64,000 nt of DNA from a virus: IMG/VR virus record IMGVR_UViG_3300045999_011735, positions 1 through 64,000 of that record. One strand, written 5' to 3'. Positions within the stretch are counted from its first letter, which is position 1; each line of letters begins with the position of its first letter. The notes under the pieces were generated by a model that had not been told where the DNA came from, ran no database searches, and was given only the letters and a program-made list of their open reading frames with translations. This document shows, piece by piece, positions 18,797 to 28,223 of the stretch. The position numbers were made by a program, and so were the translations under genes.

Positions 18797-19525
18797 TTAT
18801 TTTACCAATAATCCTAAAACAGTACCAGCAGCAATACCAACGCCAACGCCTTTAAACTTATTCCAAAATGCTTTCTTTTGAGCAGCTTTAAGATCTTTCT
18901 TAAGGTATTCACTTACTTGTTGTTGCATTTCGAATTGTTTTGACTTTAAAGCAATAGCTGAATCGGCTTGTACTAATGCTGCTTTAGAAAACATAAGTGA
19001 ATTTTGCAATGCACCAACTTGATTAGTTAAAGCACCGTTTTCTTGTTTTGATGTAGCTAATTCACCTACTAAATGATCTTTTTCTACTAGTTCAATAACA
19101 ATAGCGTTACCAACATTTTGATCAAGTGCTAAATCAACACCTATTTTAGGTACAGTATCATATCGTTTTACAAAAAACGTATCAATTACTTCTTTTGGTA
19201 AATTACGAAGAGCAGCTAGTGCCTCTTCTTTTGCTTTACGTTGCTGTTCTGCTTTAATTTTGAGAGCATCTACTAATATACCAGATTGTTCTGCAATACC
19301 TTCATATAATTCAGAAGAATCTTTAAAACGTTCTTTTTCTGCTACTGCTTCTTCAAATTGATCTTGCACTACAGCAATTTCTTTTTCTAAAAGTTGAACT
19401 TCTTTTTTGTATTTACTAGAACACCCAGTATCACGAATTAAAAACAATAAGATAAAACATAAAACTACAGTTATTGGAGTTTTATTACGTCCTACAAAAT
19501 CTAAAAAAGCATCAAAATATTTCAT
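18797..19525 (-). CDS. Membrane-anchored coiled-coil protein (spanin candidate)
   Basis: N-terminal hydrophobic segment followed by TGC, a long coiled coil, and a C-terminal hydrophobic GVGVGIAAGTVLGLLV. Confidence 0.5.
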   Translation of the reverse strand: MKYFDAFLDFVGRNKTPITVVLCFILLFLIRDTGCSSKYKKEVQLLEKEIAVVQDQFEEAVAEKERFKDSSELYEGIAEQSGILVDALKIKAEQQRKAKEEALAALRNLPKEVIDTFFVKRYDTVPKIGVDLALDQNVGNAIVIELVEKDHLVGELATSKQENGALTNQVGALQNSLMFSKAALVQADSAIALKSKQFEMQQQVSEYLKKDLKAAQKKAFWNKFKGVGVGIAAGTVLGLLVK

Positions 19526-19528
19526 TTA

Positions 19529-20569
19529 TTATTTTGTTTTAGAAACTTCATAGATGCTATCATAATCTTTAAAAGATTCTCCACTATTATCAATATCTTC
19601 AACACCTGAATCTTCCATTAATTCTTCATCATCAAGATCTACAATATCAACATCGGCTGCTTTAACAGAAGCAGGTTTAATTTCTTTACCTAATTTTTTA
19701 GATAATATTTTAGAAATGCTAGCAGCATCTACTGATTTGAATTTGAAATCCAAAGTAGTAAGTACTTTGTCTAATACTTCTGGTTCTAATTCTTTAAGTT
19801 TTGTAACTAAAGTATCAAGTCTTTTAGCTAAGATATCAGTACTAGCTTCTTTACCTTTTTGTAATGCTTTTTTATAGTCAGCAGCACTTAAATCGCCTTC
19901 TTCTTCGCGAATAGCACCAAGACGAATCTTAGAATCTTTATAGGATCTGATAATAGATTGAATTAAAGAATCATTATCAATAGTAAAAGAAGTTGCTTTT
20001 TGTGTTACAGGATCTAAAGTAACAGCTTGTGCTTTTTCAATATTTGCATCAACTGGTTCTTCTTCTGGTTCAGGAGCAGGACCACCTGAAATAAATTCTT
20101 CTTCCTCTTTATCAGAAACTTCTTCTGTTTCAGTACCACCAGTTGCTGTAAGACCATCTACACTAATCAAAGCAGCAAATACAGGATATATACGAGGCAT
20201 CAATGCTTTTCCTTTTTCATCTACAAACCCTAAACCAGCAGCAATTTCAGGACCAGTAATTTCACTTTTTCCTTCCAAAAACTTCAAAGTATCAGCTAAT
20301 TTTGATGGGCTAATAGGACCACCAGTTTTAATATCTTTAGCTTTTTCTTTAATATCGTCAGCTACTTTAAAGACAACAGCTTTACGAGCCATTTCCTCTA
20401 ATTCAACTGAACCACCAGCTCTAAGTGTTTTTTCAATATCAGCCTTATCTGTTGGTTTTAATCTACTGTAGTCAGGATCGGCCTTAGCCATATTAACTGA
20501 ACTAGGTCCGGCAAATAATTTTTCACGGATTTGAGCCTTAATGTATTCTTTTAAATCGCTTTTATTCAT
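19529..20569 (-). CDS. Modular putative internal head protein with winged-HTH-like module
   Basis: Leader MNKSDLKEYIKAQIRE and an LEE|MAR module. Start re-assigned because the late promoter abuts the track start. Confidence 0.55.
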   Translation of the reverse strand: MNKSDLKEYIKAQIREKLFAGPSSVNMAKADPDYSRLKPTDKADIEKTLRAGGSVELEEMARKAVVFKVADDIKEKAKDIKTGGPISPSKLADTLKFLEGKSEITGPEIAAGLGFVDEKGKALMPRIYPVFAALISVDGLTATGGTETEEVSDKEEEEFISGGPAPEPEEEPVDANIEKAQAVTLDPVTQKATSFTIDNDSLIQSIIRSYKDSKIRLGAIREEEGDLSAADYKKALQKGKEASTDILAKRLDTLVTKLKELEPEVLDKVLTTLDFKFKSVDAASISKILSKKLGKEIKPASVKAADVDIVDLDDEELMEDSGVEDIDNSGESFKDYDSIYEVSKTK

Positions 20570-20589
20570 TTGTTTATAGTTTGTGTCCA

Positions 20590-21120
20590 TTATAAATATT
20601 TACTAACCGCTTCTAACACAGCTTTAACGCGTTCCTCTGTTGTTCCTTTAACTTTTACTAATAGATGTGGTGGATTAGCTGCGAGTAAATCGCGTATAGT
20701 TTTGTCAATTTTATTTCTATATGCAATATCTGTTGTTCTAACGCCGTTATCTTCAACGTCTACACCAGCAGGATCTACGTAAACTACAAGATCATATTCG
20801 TTTTTTAGCATTAATGCTGTTTGTATAAACGACATTTTTTCATGCTCACTAATTGAACTTGCATTCATTGTAAATGCACACACATCCCAAATAGTACGAT
20901 CTGTAATAATATTTGGTTGTAGCAATTCACTAGTACGTTCAGCTAAAAATATAAATTGACCTTTTAATGTAGAATCTGTATTAAGTGGAATGCCCAAATC
21001 GCGCAAATATTTGCTACGTTCAGTTTGTACATTATGATCTTTTAAACGATCAGTTTCACCTAATGCTTTAGCTAATGTAGTTTTACCTACACTCATTGTT
21101 CCTACTAATCCTATTTTCAT
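20590..21120 (-). CDS. P-loop NTPase / nucleotide kinase (AAA_28, NadR-like)
   Basis: GTMSVGKTT, ITDRTIWD and EDNGVR motifs. Confidence 0.8.
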   Translation of the reverse strand: MKIGLVGTMSVGKTTLAKALGETDRLKDHNVQTERSKYLRDLGIPLNTDSTLKGQFIFLAERTSELLQPNIITDRTIWDVCAFTMNASSISEHEKMSFIQTALMLKNEYDLVVYVDPAGVDVEDNGVRTTDIAYRNKIDKTIRDLLAANPPHLLVKVKGTTEERVKAVLEAVSKYL

Positions 21121-21398
21121 TATAAACGAGTTTTAAATAATGGGTTTTTTGCTGGTGGGAGGCCATTATGGTTGCGTCTAAAATCTTTCATAACTTCAAC
21201 ATTACTACCTTGATAAATGCCCCAAAAATAATATTCTTTTTTTCCACCTGAAATTAATGCAGGACCTTCAGTATTATGGAGTACCCAAATTTTTTCTTTT
21301 GCTTTAGGATCTTTTTTATCCATAACATCATGCCCTAAGCGTGTTGTTTGGGAAATATACAACACCTCACCTTTTTCGGTTTTAATTCTTCTTTCCAT
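21120..21398 (-). CDS. Hypothetical protein
   Basis: 92 aa with an LHNTEGPALI...KEYY motif. Confidence 0.6.
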   Translation of the reverse strand: MERRIKTEKGEVLYISQTTRLGHDVMDKKDPKAKEKIWVLHNTEGPALISGGKKEYYFWGIYQGSNVEVMKDFRRNHNGLPPAKNPLFKTRL

Positions 21399-21648
21399 TT
21401 TGTTTTTCGTTTATTTTTTTCATTTGTTTTGCTATCTTTTTTTCTTGCTTTGCTTCTTTAGCTCTTAATTTAAGTGCTTTTTCAGCACCAGCTTTGTATT
21501 TAATGTCTACTAAAACAGGTCCATTTGGGTTTTTATCTAAATCAAAAGTCCATGTTTCAGTAGTAAGTTCATCTTCATATACACGAGTAAACTTACGTGG
21601 TTTTTCTTCTATTGATACGTCTTTTGGTCTACCTCTTCTTTCTTCCAT
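21382..21648 (-). CDS. Hypothetical protein with N-terminal RGRP (AT-hook-like)
   Basis: 88 aa; preceded by a host-type promoter. Confidence 0.6.
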   Translation of the reverse strand: MEERRGRPKDVSIEEKPRKFTRVYEDELTTETWTFDLDKNPNGPVLVDIKYKAGAEKALKLRAKEAKQEKKIAKQMKKINEKQNGKKN

Positions 21649-21667
21649 AACCTAAAATTACAAAATA

Positions 21668-23053
21668 TTATTCTGTTTCCAAAACTTGTGTTAATTCTAC
21701 AAGATGACTGTGTTGAATCAATTTTTCAGCTACATAAATACCTTGTGCACCTGCAACTGTAATACCACGAGCTGATAATGCATCGCCTACAAAGTGTACA
21801 TTATTAAAATTCACTAATGATAAATCGTGATAATTAACTAGTGGTTCAGGAGACAAATATTTTACTTCAGGAATATACATACCCCAATCGTCACCAAATT
21901 CAAATACTTTATTCATATTATCAATAAAGTTCATTATATAATTTCCATATTCTCCCATTATTTGGTTTAATTGAACTCCAATAATAGTATGAGAGGATAA
22001 TACAGAACATTTAATTGGTTGTCCTTCAGATGTTAAAGATGGTTTTCGACTTGGTGAATAATATAATCCGGCTTTGTCTCCATCATCCTTCCATTCACTA
22101 TCTTTATCAATAAAATCTTGACATTTTTGTACTACATCACGTGACCATTTAAATGGATCTTCAATACCCTTAATTTCCATTAGGATACCAAAATTGGTCA
22201 TATCATTTCGGAATTGTTCTCCTTTTTTAGCGTGGCCGTTGTAGCTGACGTCGCCATAAGTTTCCTCCACAGCAACGTAAGCCGCATTGTTATTAGTACA
22301 AAAGCTACGGAGAGATACATTATCAAATTTCTGATATAATTTGAAATCATATGATACATCAATTAATTTTTGGAAATATTTTTGTGGTGCTTCAAATCGA
22401 ACACCAATTTGTACTGATTTAGGTTCAGTAGGAAACGAATATTCATCAGATAGTTTTTGAGCAAAGTCAATACCTGATTTACCTACTGCAAATATAAGAG
22501 TATCATAGTTAATAAATTTAACATATTCTTGTTTTGGTTGAGAATATTCAACATAATTGTCTTTAAAGCTAATATCTGTTACTTCAGTAGTCCACATAAA
22601 TTTTACACCCTTATCTAACAAATATTGATACCATGCTTTAGCAATCTCGTGAAGGAAATTACTTCCAATGTGCCATACAGGAAACATTCTCAAACCAAAA
22701 TATGGTTTAATAAATTCAGGTTCCTCTTGTGGATCAGACATGAATATTTCTTCTGGTTTAGGATGAAAACGTCTAAAGTTACTAATAACTTGATCCATTA
22801 GTTCCATTGCCTTTTCATCACCACAATACTTGTTTAATTGGCCTCCAATTGCTGTATGGTAAGTTAATTTACCATCAGACCAACCACCAGCACCTAACAT
22901 GCCTGTCATTACTTCCTCAGGCAAACGATTAATAGGGTCGTTACCTTTGTCTATAATAGTGATTAATTCACCAGGATAGCCATTATCAACTAATTTAGTT
23001 GCTGCGTTAATACCAGCAACTCCTGCTCCTACAATTACGATTCTTTTATCCAT
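21668..23053 (-). CDS. FAD-dependent oxidoreductase (COG2509-like)
   Basis: Rossmann motif IVGAGVAG, GAGGWSDGKL, IGVRFE, RSFCTN, NGHA and FVGD. Confidence 0.85.
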   Translation of the reverse strand: MDKRIVIVGAGVAGINAATKLVDNGYPGELITIIDKGNDPINRLPEEVMTGMLGAGGWSDGKLTYHTAIGGQLNKYCGDEKAMELMDQVISNFRRFHPKPEEIFMSDPQEEPEFIKPYFGLRMFPVWHIGSNFLHEIAKAWYQYLLDKGVKFMWTTEVTDISFKDNYVEYSQPKQEYVKFINYDTLIFAVGKSGIDFAQKLSDEYSFPTEPKSVQIGVRFEAPQKYFQKLIDVSYDFKLYQKFDNVSLRSFCTNNNAAYVAVEETYGDVSYNGHAKKGEQFRNDMTNFGILMEIKGIEDPFKWSRDVVQKCQDFIDKDSEWKDDGDKAGLYYSPSRKPSLTSEGQPIKCSVLSSHTIIGVQLNQIMGEYGNYIMNFIDNMNKVFEFGDDWGMYIPEVKYLSPEPLVNYHDLSLVNFNNVHFVGDALSARGITVAGAQGIYVAEKLIQHSHLVELTQVLETE

Positions 23054-23511
23054 ATTGGTTTATTGTTTAATTTGTTCCAGTTTAATCCTTTAATTTTTAC
23101 TTTATCTTGAATATAATAAGTTTTATAGGCCTCAATTGTATCTTCATTTTTATATTCTTCAGGCATTGCTTGTGGTGGTGGAGTAAAACCAGCATCGGGA
23201 ATATTAGGTTCATTATCACGACACCATTCAATTACATCTTGTGTTTTATGACGTTTGCCATAACGTTTATTAAATTCATAACACACCTCAAGACCGTGTT
23301 TTACAAGCCAACGATAATGTTGAATTGATTCACGTGTCCATTTAGTTGATGGATGGTTGAAGTGAGCACGTTTGTAAGGTGCTTCACCACCAACAGCCCA
23401 ATGGGCAGTACATAACATTTGAGCTGATTCAATTTGCATTTTGCGAACATGATCGTCGCAAAGCTCTTGTGCAGCAACAATTGGATCAGCGTTAATATAA
23501 AATATATTCAT
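23035..23511 (-). CDS. Pyrimidine-dimer DNA glycosylase / endonuclease V-like protein
   Basis: MNIF...CDDHVRKMQIESAQMLCTAH...HFNHPS..W...PPQAMP...AYKTYY pattern. Confidence 0.75.
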   Translation of the reverse strand: MNIFYINADPIVAAQELCDDHVRKMQIESAQMLCTAHWAVGGEAPYKRAHFNHPSTKWTRESIQHYRWLVKHGLEVCYEFNKRYGKRHKTQDVIEWCRDNEPNIPDAGFTPPPQAMPEEYKNEDTIEAYKTYYIQDKVKIKGLNWNKLNNKPIWIKES

Positions 23512-23543
23512 ATTTTAAAAATAATATTTTTATTTGGTTTCCC

Positions 23544-23575
23544 AAAATAAAAAGTGGCGCACTTTCGTGCGCCAC
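23544..23575 (-). terminator. Rho-independent terminator
   Basis: Perfect 9-bp stem GTGGCGCAC-GAAA-GTGCGCCAC followed by TTTTTATTTT. Confidence 0.85.
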
Positions 23576-23640
23576 AGCTGCTATATATATAGAACCTCTA
23601 ATGAGGCGACTAGGCTATGAATCTAGTCTAATGTTTGTTA

Positions 23641-24447
23641 TTATTTTATATTTTGTTCAACCCATTTTCTAATTTCAATAGCTTGGGCTTTGTTATCTGT
23701 TGCTAATATATTAATATCATCTTCTATAAATTCTTCAACAGAACTAAAGTCTTTTGCTTTATTTAACATATCTCCATAATCTCCACCTAAATCACCACCA
23801 CCTAAATCTAAAAGATATTCGTAATATTTTTTCAATTTATCTTTATCAATATCTTCATTTAAACCACCACTAATTTCTTTGATTTTTTCTTGACAAAATT
23901 TAATGATGTCTTGTAAGTAATCAATTTGACCTTCTGTATTTTCAAAACCACCATTCATTAAATCTTGTTTAATGTCGTTGTAGATTGCTGGTTGGTTTTC
24001 ACTTAACTCTTTTTTTGACTCTTCGATATCTAAATCGCCTAACATAGCATCAACATCAGGTCTTGGTCTAGATGTTTTTGGTTCTTGTTGTTTTGAAGTA
24101 TATCCTTCTTTAGATATTAATTCTTTAACTTCTAAACTATTAAAAATAGGATTTACTGCTGGTTGAGGTACATTTCTTTCTTTAGCATAATCAATTTTTT
24201 GTACTCTTTTGCCGTCTTTTTTAGCTTTAAATAAGAATACTAAAGCAGCAAGTTCGCTATTTTTAATGCCTTCAGGTGCTTTACCAGAGGCTTTAGCTTG
24301 CTTTAAAATTTCTTCACCTTTTTCAGTGATTGTATAAGCACCACCAGTACCAGCTGTACGAGCCATTTCTGGAAGAGCCATTTCACTAATAGGCATATTA
24401 GCTAGTTTTTGCATTCTTTGTGCCTCTGAAATAAATTGTTTACTCAT
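23641..24447 (-). CDS. Modular putative internal head protein with RMQKLA leader and wHTH-like module
   Basis: MSKQFISEAQRMQKLANMPISE; modules follow LPE|MAR, LSE| and LNE|. Confidence 0.6.
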   Translation of the reverse strand: MSKQFISEAQRMQKLANMPISEMALPEMARTAGTGGAYTITEKGEEILKQAKASGKAPEGIKNSELAALVFLFKAKKDGKRVQKIDYAKERNVPQPAVNPIFNSLEVKELISKEGYTSKQQEPKTSRPRPDVDAMLGDLDIEESKKELSENQPAIYNDIKQDLMNGGFENTEGQIDYLQDIIKFCQEKIKEISGGLNEDIDKDKLKKYYEYLLDLGGGDLGGDYGDMLNKAKDFSSVEEFIEDDINILATDNKAQAIEIRKWVEQNIK

Positions 24448-24452
24448 GTTAT

Positions 24453-24791
24453 TTATTTTACAATGTATTGTTGATTTCCAATATTTGCACCTAAAAGTGT
24501 GCTTGTATTAATCATACGATATTCACCTTTTTGAACATCAAATACTGGTAGTAATCCTTTAGCAATTGGATCATAAGGTAATTCACCACCTTTTAGGTAT
24601 TTTTTTACACCAAAGCGAGCATTCATTACACGAGTAGTACCATCTTTTTTAATAAATGTTACAGTAAAAAAGGCACCTTTAGTGTCTTTAATCTTTTGGA
24701 CTAATTCATCACGACTAATAGGTACCGCTTGTTCTTTAACAAGTTTTTTTACTTCGGTAATAAGATTTTGTTTGAACTCACTTAGTTTCAT
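24453..24791 (-). CDS. SH3/WYL_2-like beta-barrel protein with leader
   Basis: FFTVTFIKKDGTTRVMNAR...VFDVQKGEYRMIN pattern. Confidence 0.6.
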   Translation of the reverse strand: MKLSEFKQNLITEVKKLVKEQAVPISRDELVQKIKDTKGAFFTVTFIKKDGTTRVMNARFGVKKYLKGGELPYDPIAKGLLPVFDVQKGEYRMINTSTLLGANIGNQQYIVK

Positions 24792-24814
24792 GTATATAAA
24801 TATACAACAAAACG

Positions 24815-25573
24815 TTATTCCTTCGTATTTGCTTCGTATGTTCTATTGGAAACAGTGTGGTATTTATGACAACTATTACATTGTAATTGGATTCGTGCCA
24901 ATCCTGATGCAGTATAACGTCTTTGTGAAAATCTCATATCAGTAGAACCACATTCAGGACATGAACATTTATCATCTGTTTGAGCAACACCGTAATGTAC
25001 TTTGTGTGGAACGTAGTTGGCAATTTCGTTATATACTTTTTCAAGTATTCCAACATCGTTTTTACAATAGTCAACCATTTGTTTTAAGGCTTTCTTGTCT
25101 TTTTTCAAAACAATGTCTTTCCATAAATCAAATCCGGTTTCTAATTTTTCACCTACGTTAAGGAATTGTGCAATGTAATCCAAACGATTACTATTAAAAC
25201 GGAATTTAGAACGAGCGTGTTTTAATGTATCAATTGTAGTATAAGTAGGAAATACTGGAATACGATGAAATAAGCAGCGTGTGCGAATCCAAGGTAAATC
25301 GAATTTATCGCTATTATGTCCTACTAATTCAGATGCTTCGTTAGCTACAGTCATAAACTGTTCTAACATTTCTTTATCGTCTTGGTTTTCATCCCATGTA
25401 AGAGAATAAACCTTGTTTTCATCTGCCCATTTGTAACAGATACAGATGATAGCTCTTTCTTTGATAATATTACTATATGGCACATTTAGCTTATAGCCAG
25501 ATTGCCAAAAGAACCCGATGTTTGGGCTAGTTTCTATATCAAAGAATAGCCTTTTCTTTTTGATTTTACTCAT
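24815..25573 (-). CDS. RNase H-like (DEDD/YprB-type) exonuclease with C-terminal Zn ribbon
   Basis: FFDIETS, GHNSDKFDLPW, RLDYIA and YCKNDV motifs; CPECG...CNSC. Confidence 0.8.
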   Translation of the reverse strand: MSKIKKKRLFFDIETSPNIGFFWQSGYKLNVPYSNIIKERAIICICYKWADENKVYSLTWDENQDDKEMLEQFMTVANEASELVGHNSDKFDLPWIRTRCLFHRIPVFPTYTTIDTLKHARSKFRFNSNRLDYIAQFLNVGEKLETGFDLWKDIVLKKDKKALKQMVDYCKNDVGILEKVYNEIANYVPHKVHYGVAQTDDKCSCPECGSTDMRFSQRRYTASGLARIQLQCNSCHKYHTVSNRTYEANTKE

Positions 25574-25632
25574 AACGAATATAATTTGACTGTAAACGTA
25601 ATACCCAAGAATTGGGTATCCAAATTTGTTTT

Positions 25633-25887
25633 TTAATCTAATTCAAAATCGTCGTTACGATCTAGAATAAAGAAATCACTAACACCGTCTTGATTTATAA
25701 GTGTTATTTTAACGTCGTTACCATATGCTTCAACGTCGTCAACTTTCACTTTATCACCTTGGCTTAATTTACCTAATTGAGCCATTAACGTGTATTCAGC
25801 ACCTACTTTAACACTACCTGCTTTAATTTCATTTACCATACCAGCAAGTTTTTGCATTCTTTGTGCTTCGTTGATATATTGTTTCAT
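25633..25887 (-). CDS. Putative internal head protein with RMQKLA leader
   Basis: MKQYINEAQRMQKLAGMVNE. Confidence 0.6.
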   Translation of the reverse strand: MKQYINEAQRMQKLAGMVNEIKAGSVKVGAEYTLMAQLGKLSQGDKVKVDDVEAYGNDVKITLINQDGVSDFFILDRNDDFELD

Positions 25888-25891
25888 ATTA

Positions 25892-26374
25892 TTATTTTTG
25901 TGTTTCAGTTGATGGTGGAGTACTTACTGGTTCTCCTTTAGCAGGTGTTAATTGTTGTTGTGCTAGATCTTCAGGGGACAAATTACTACTTATAGGACCA
26001 TACTGTAATAATTCAGCTACTTCTTTAGTAGCTCTTTCACGTTCCTTAAGCGTTAACATATCGTACTTAATTCCTCCTATTCTAGCAAGAAAATCTTCTG
26101 TATTCCAAATTAAAGTAAATGTTTGATTATTTGCAAGAACAACTCTAAATGTAGTTGGTTTTGGAGCAACCCATTGAATGTCATTTACAAATATTCTAAA
26201 TTGGAATCCCATTAGTTTTTCTAATGCTTGACGTAATTGAGGGAATCTATAAAGCATCACATTCATAGGTGAATTAGGATCACCTTGATAGGCTGCTTCT
26301 TCTTGTTTTCCCATTATTTGACGTACACGGCCTCTAATATGGGCTACTAATTCTTCTTTTGATTGAAATTCCAT
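25892..26374 (-). CDS. Hypothetical protein
   Basis: 160 aa; WVAPKPTTFRVVL motif; helical leader. Confidence 0.6.
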   Translation of the reverse strand: MEFQSKEELVAHIRGRVRQIMGKQEEAAYQGDPNSPMNVMLYRFPQLRQALEKLMGFQFRIFVNDIQWVAPKPTTFRVVLANNQTFTLIWNTEDFLARIGGIKYDMLTLKERERATKEVAELLQYGPISSNLSPEDLAQQQLTPAKGEPVSTPPSTETQK

Positions 26375-26376
26375 AA

Positions 26377-27132
26377 TTATTTCTTTTTAGCCATTTGTGC
26401 TTTAATAGCAATATCTCTTCCTATTTTCCAATCTTCACTATCTACATCACCATCGCCATCTCGATCTTTACCTTTCTTTTCTGCTACTACTACATCTAAT
26501 GGATCTTTTTCTTCAATTTTTAAGGCATCCATTGTAGCATCAATTTTAGCTACATTTTCTTCACCATCTAAGTAATCAAAAGCACCTTGTAAATAGTCTT
26601 TAGCTTTGATAATATTTGATTGCCACCATTGTGGAAAATCTATTTCAGCACCTGTATCACCGTATGCTTTAATTTTCTTATATAACATAGCAGCCATTTT
26701 AGCTGTTCTAGTTAATTCATTTTTAAGCATTCCTGGTTCATCATCTTGATGGCCTATGTCAATATCTTCATTAACAAATTTATTTTCTTCTCTATCTTTT
26801 TCAATAAGAGCTAACACATTAATTAATTCAGCGTATGCTTGATCTAAACCTTTAATTACTTCAGGATCCTGGTCCATACCAAAGTCCATAGCTGCTTCTA
26901 CTTTTTTAAGTGTAGAACCAATATCAAATATTTTACCAGTTAATTCTGTGCCTTGAACTTCAGCTATTTTTTTAGCTTTAGCAGTAGCGATAGCATACAT
27001 AGATGCTTCGTCACCTTTAAAGGATTTTTTCATTCCTTTAACGATATCTTCTTTTTTCTTTTTCTCCGCTTTAGTAAGAGCTCTTTCTCTTACAGCACGG
27101 CGTATCATTTCTTTTAATTCTGAATGTTTCAT
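26377..27132 (-). CDS. Modular putative internal head protein; C-terminal DxDGDG Ca-binding loop
   Basis: Leader MKHSELKEMIRRAVRE; DRDGDGDVDSED. Confidence 0.6.
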   Translation of the reverse strand: MKHSELKEMIRRAVRERALTKAEKKKKEDIVKGMKKSFKGDEASMYAIATAKAKKIAEVQGTELTGKIFDIGSTLKKVEAAMDFGMDQDPEVIKGLDQAYAELINVLALIEKDREENKFVNEDIDIGHQDDEPGMLKNELTRTAKMAAMLYKKIKAYGDTGAEIDFPQWWQSNIIKAKDYLQGAFDYLDGEENVAKIDATMDALKIEEKDPLDVVVAEKKGKDRDGDGDVDSEDWKIGRDIAIKAQMAKKK

Positions 27133-28223
27133 TTATTAAGTTTTACTTTTGCTTTTTCAGTATTAGGAACAAATTGTTTTCCTTTTTTAGAGCCAGCTAC
27201 TTTCTTACGAGCAGTAGCAGCGCGTTCATCTTTAGTCAAGCGATTTGCTTTAGCGCGAGGGAGACAACGAGTAGTTGCTTTACCTTTTTTCATTGTGCCA
27301 CAAGGACCTGTAATGTTGCCTTGAGTATCAATACGAACCCAATCTTCTTTTTGGAACCAATCGCGTAAGGATTCATCAATATTTCTTTTTGCAATATATT
27401 CTTCTACTTTATCTTCTTTATATCCTAATAATCGGCCTATTTCTCTAGTATCTTCAGCTGTAGCGTTTGATGCTAGATATCCATTATATTTTTCAGCTAA
27501 TGCTTTTAATTTTAATGCTTTTTCTTTAGATTCAGGTAAATAAGCGACATATGCCTCATATGGATTTCCTTCAACACTCATTACTTTAATACCATTGTCT
27601 TTTATAACTTGTTGAACACGTTCCCAATTTTCAGGAGTATTCGATTTTTTAACTATAAAAGCAATATCACGTTTTTTATTAGCCAATGTAGTAATAGCAT
27701 CAACATCAGTATATGCTTCGGATGGGTCTATATCTTCACTCATTAATCCTTTACATACTTTAACAGCGCGTCCTGATAGATATGCAGATGGTTTTTCACC
27801 AGCTGCGATGCGACGATTATAGTAAGCTCTGCCTTTAGGGCATAGCTTTTTTTCATTTAATTCAAATGGACGCTCATCAGGATAATTTTCATAATAACTA
27901 TCCATTATACTAGAAGCTGTATCTTTATCTAGAATAGCGACCCAGGTAGAATTATCATCTTCTATTCCATATGCTTTAAGAAAAACTTTTTCTTGATTTT
28001 TTGATTGGTTATAAAGTAAATCTTTAACAGTTTGTAACGGTATTGAAAATTTTACTCTTTCATCACCCCAACTATCTGGATCAACCCCTGATGGGATAAT
28101 ATCAAATACGAATATTACTTCATCGGGTTCACTAAAATCCCATTCATCAGCATCGCTTAAATCAATGTTGATGTTTTGATTTTCTTTTAGTACTTCTAAT
28201 AGTATGTCTGTTAATTTAATCAA
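27129..28223 (-). CDS. Polyprotein-like putative internal head protein (C-terminal DUF5872-like module)
   Basis: Leader MIKLTDILLEVLKE; modules follow LNE|, MSE| and IDE|SLRDWFQKEDWV...CLPRAK. Confidence 0.6.
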   Translation of the reverse strand: MIKLTDILLEVLKENQNINIDLSDADEWDFSEPDEVIFVFDIIPSGVDPDSWGDERVKFSIPLQTVKDLLYNQSKNQEKVFLKAYGIEDDNSTWVAILDKDTASSIMDSYYENYPDERPFELNEKKLCPKGRAYYNRRIAAGEKPSAYLSGRAVKVCKGLMSEDIDPSEAYTDVDAITTLANKKRDIAFIVKKSNTPENWERVQQVIKDNGIKVMSVEGNPYEAYVAYLPESKEKALKLKALAEKYNGYLASNATAEDTREIGRLLGYKEDKVEEYIAKRNIDESLRDWFQKEDWVRIDTQGNITGPCGTMKKGKATTRCLPRAKANRLTKDERAATARKKVAGSKKGKQFVPNTEKAKVKLNK

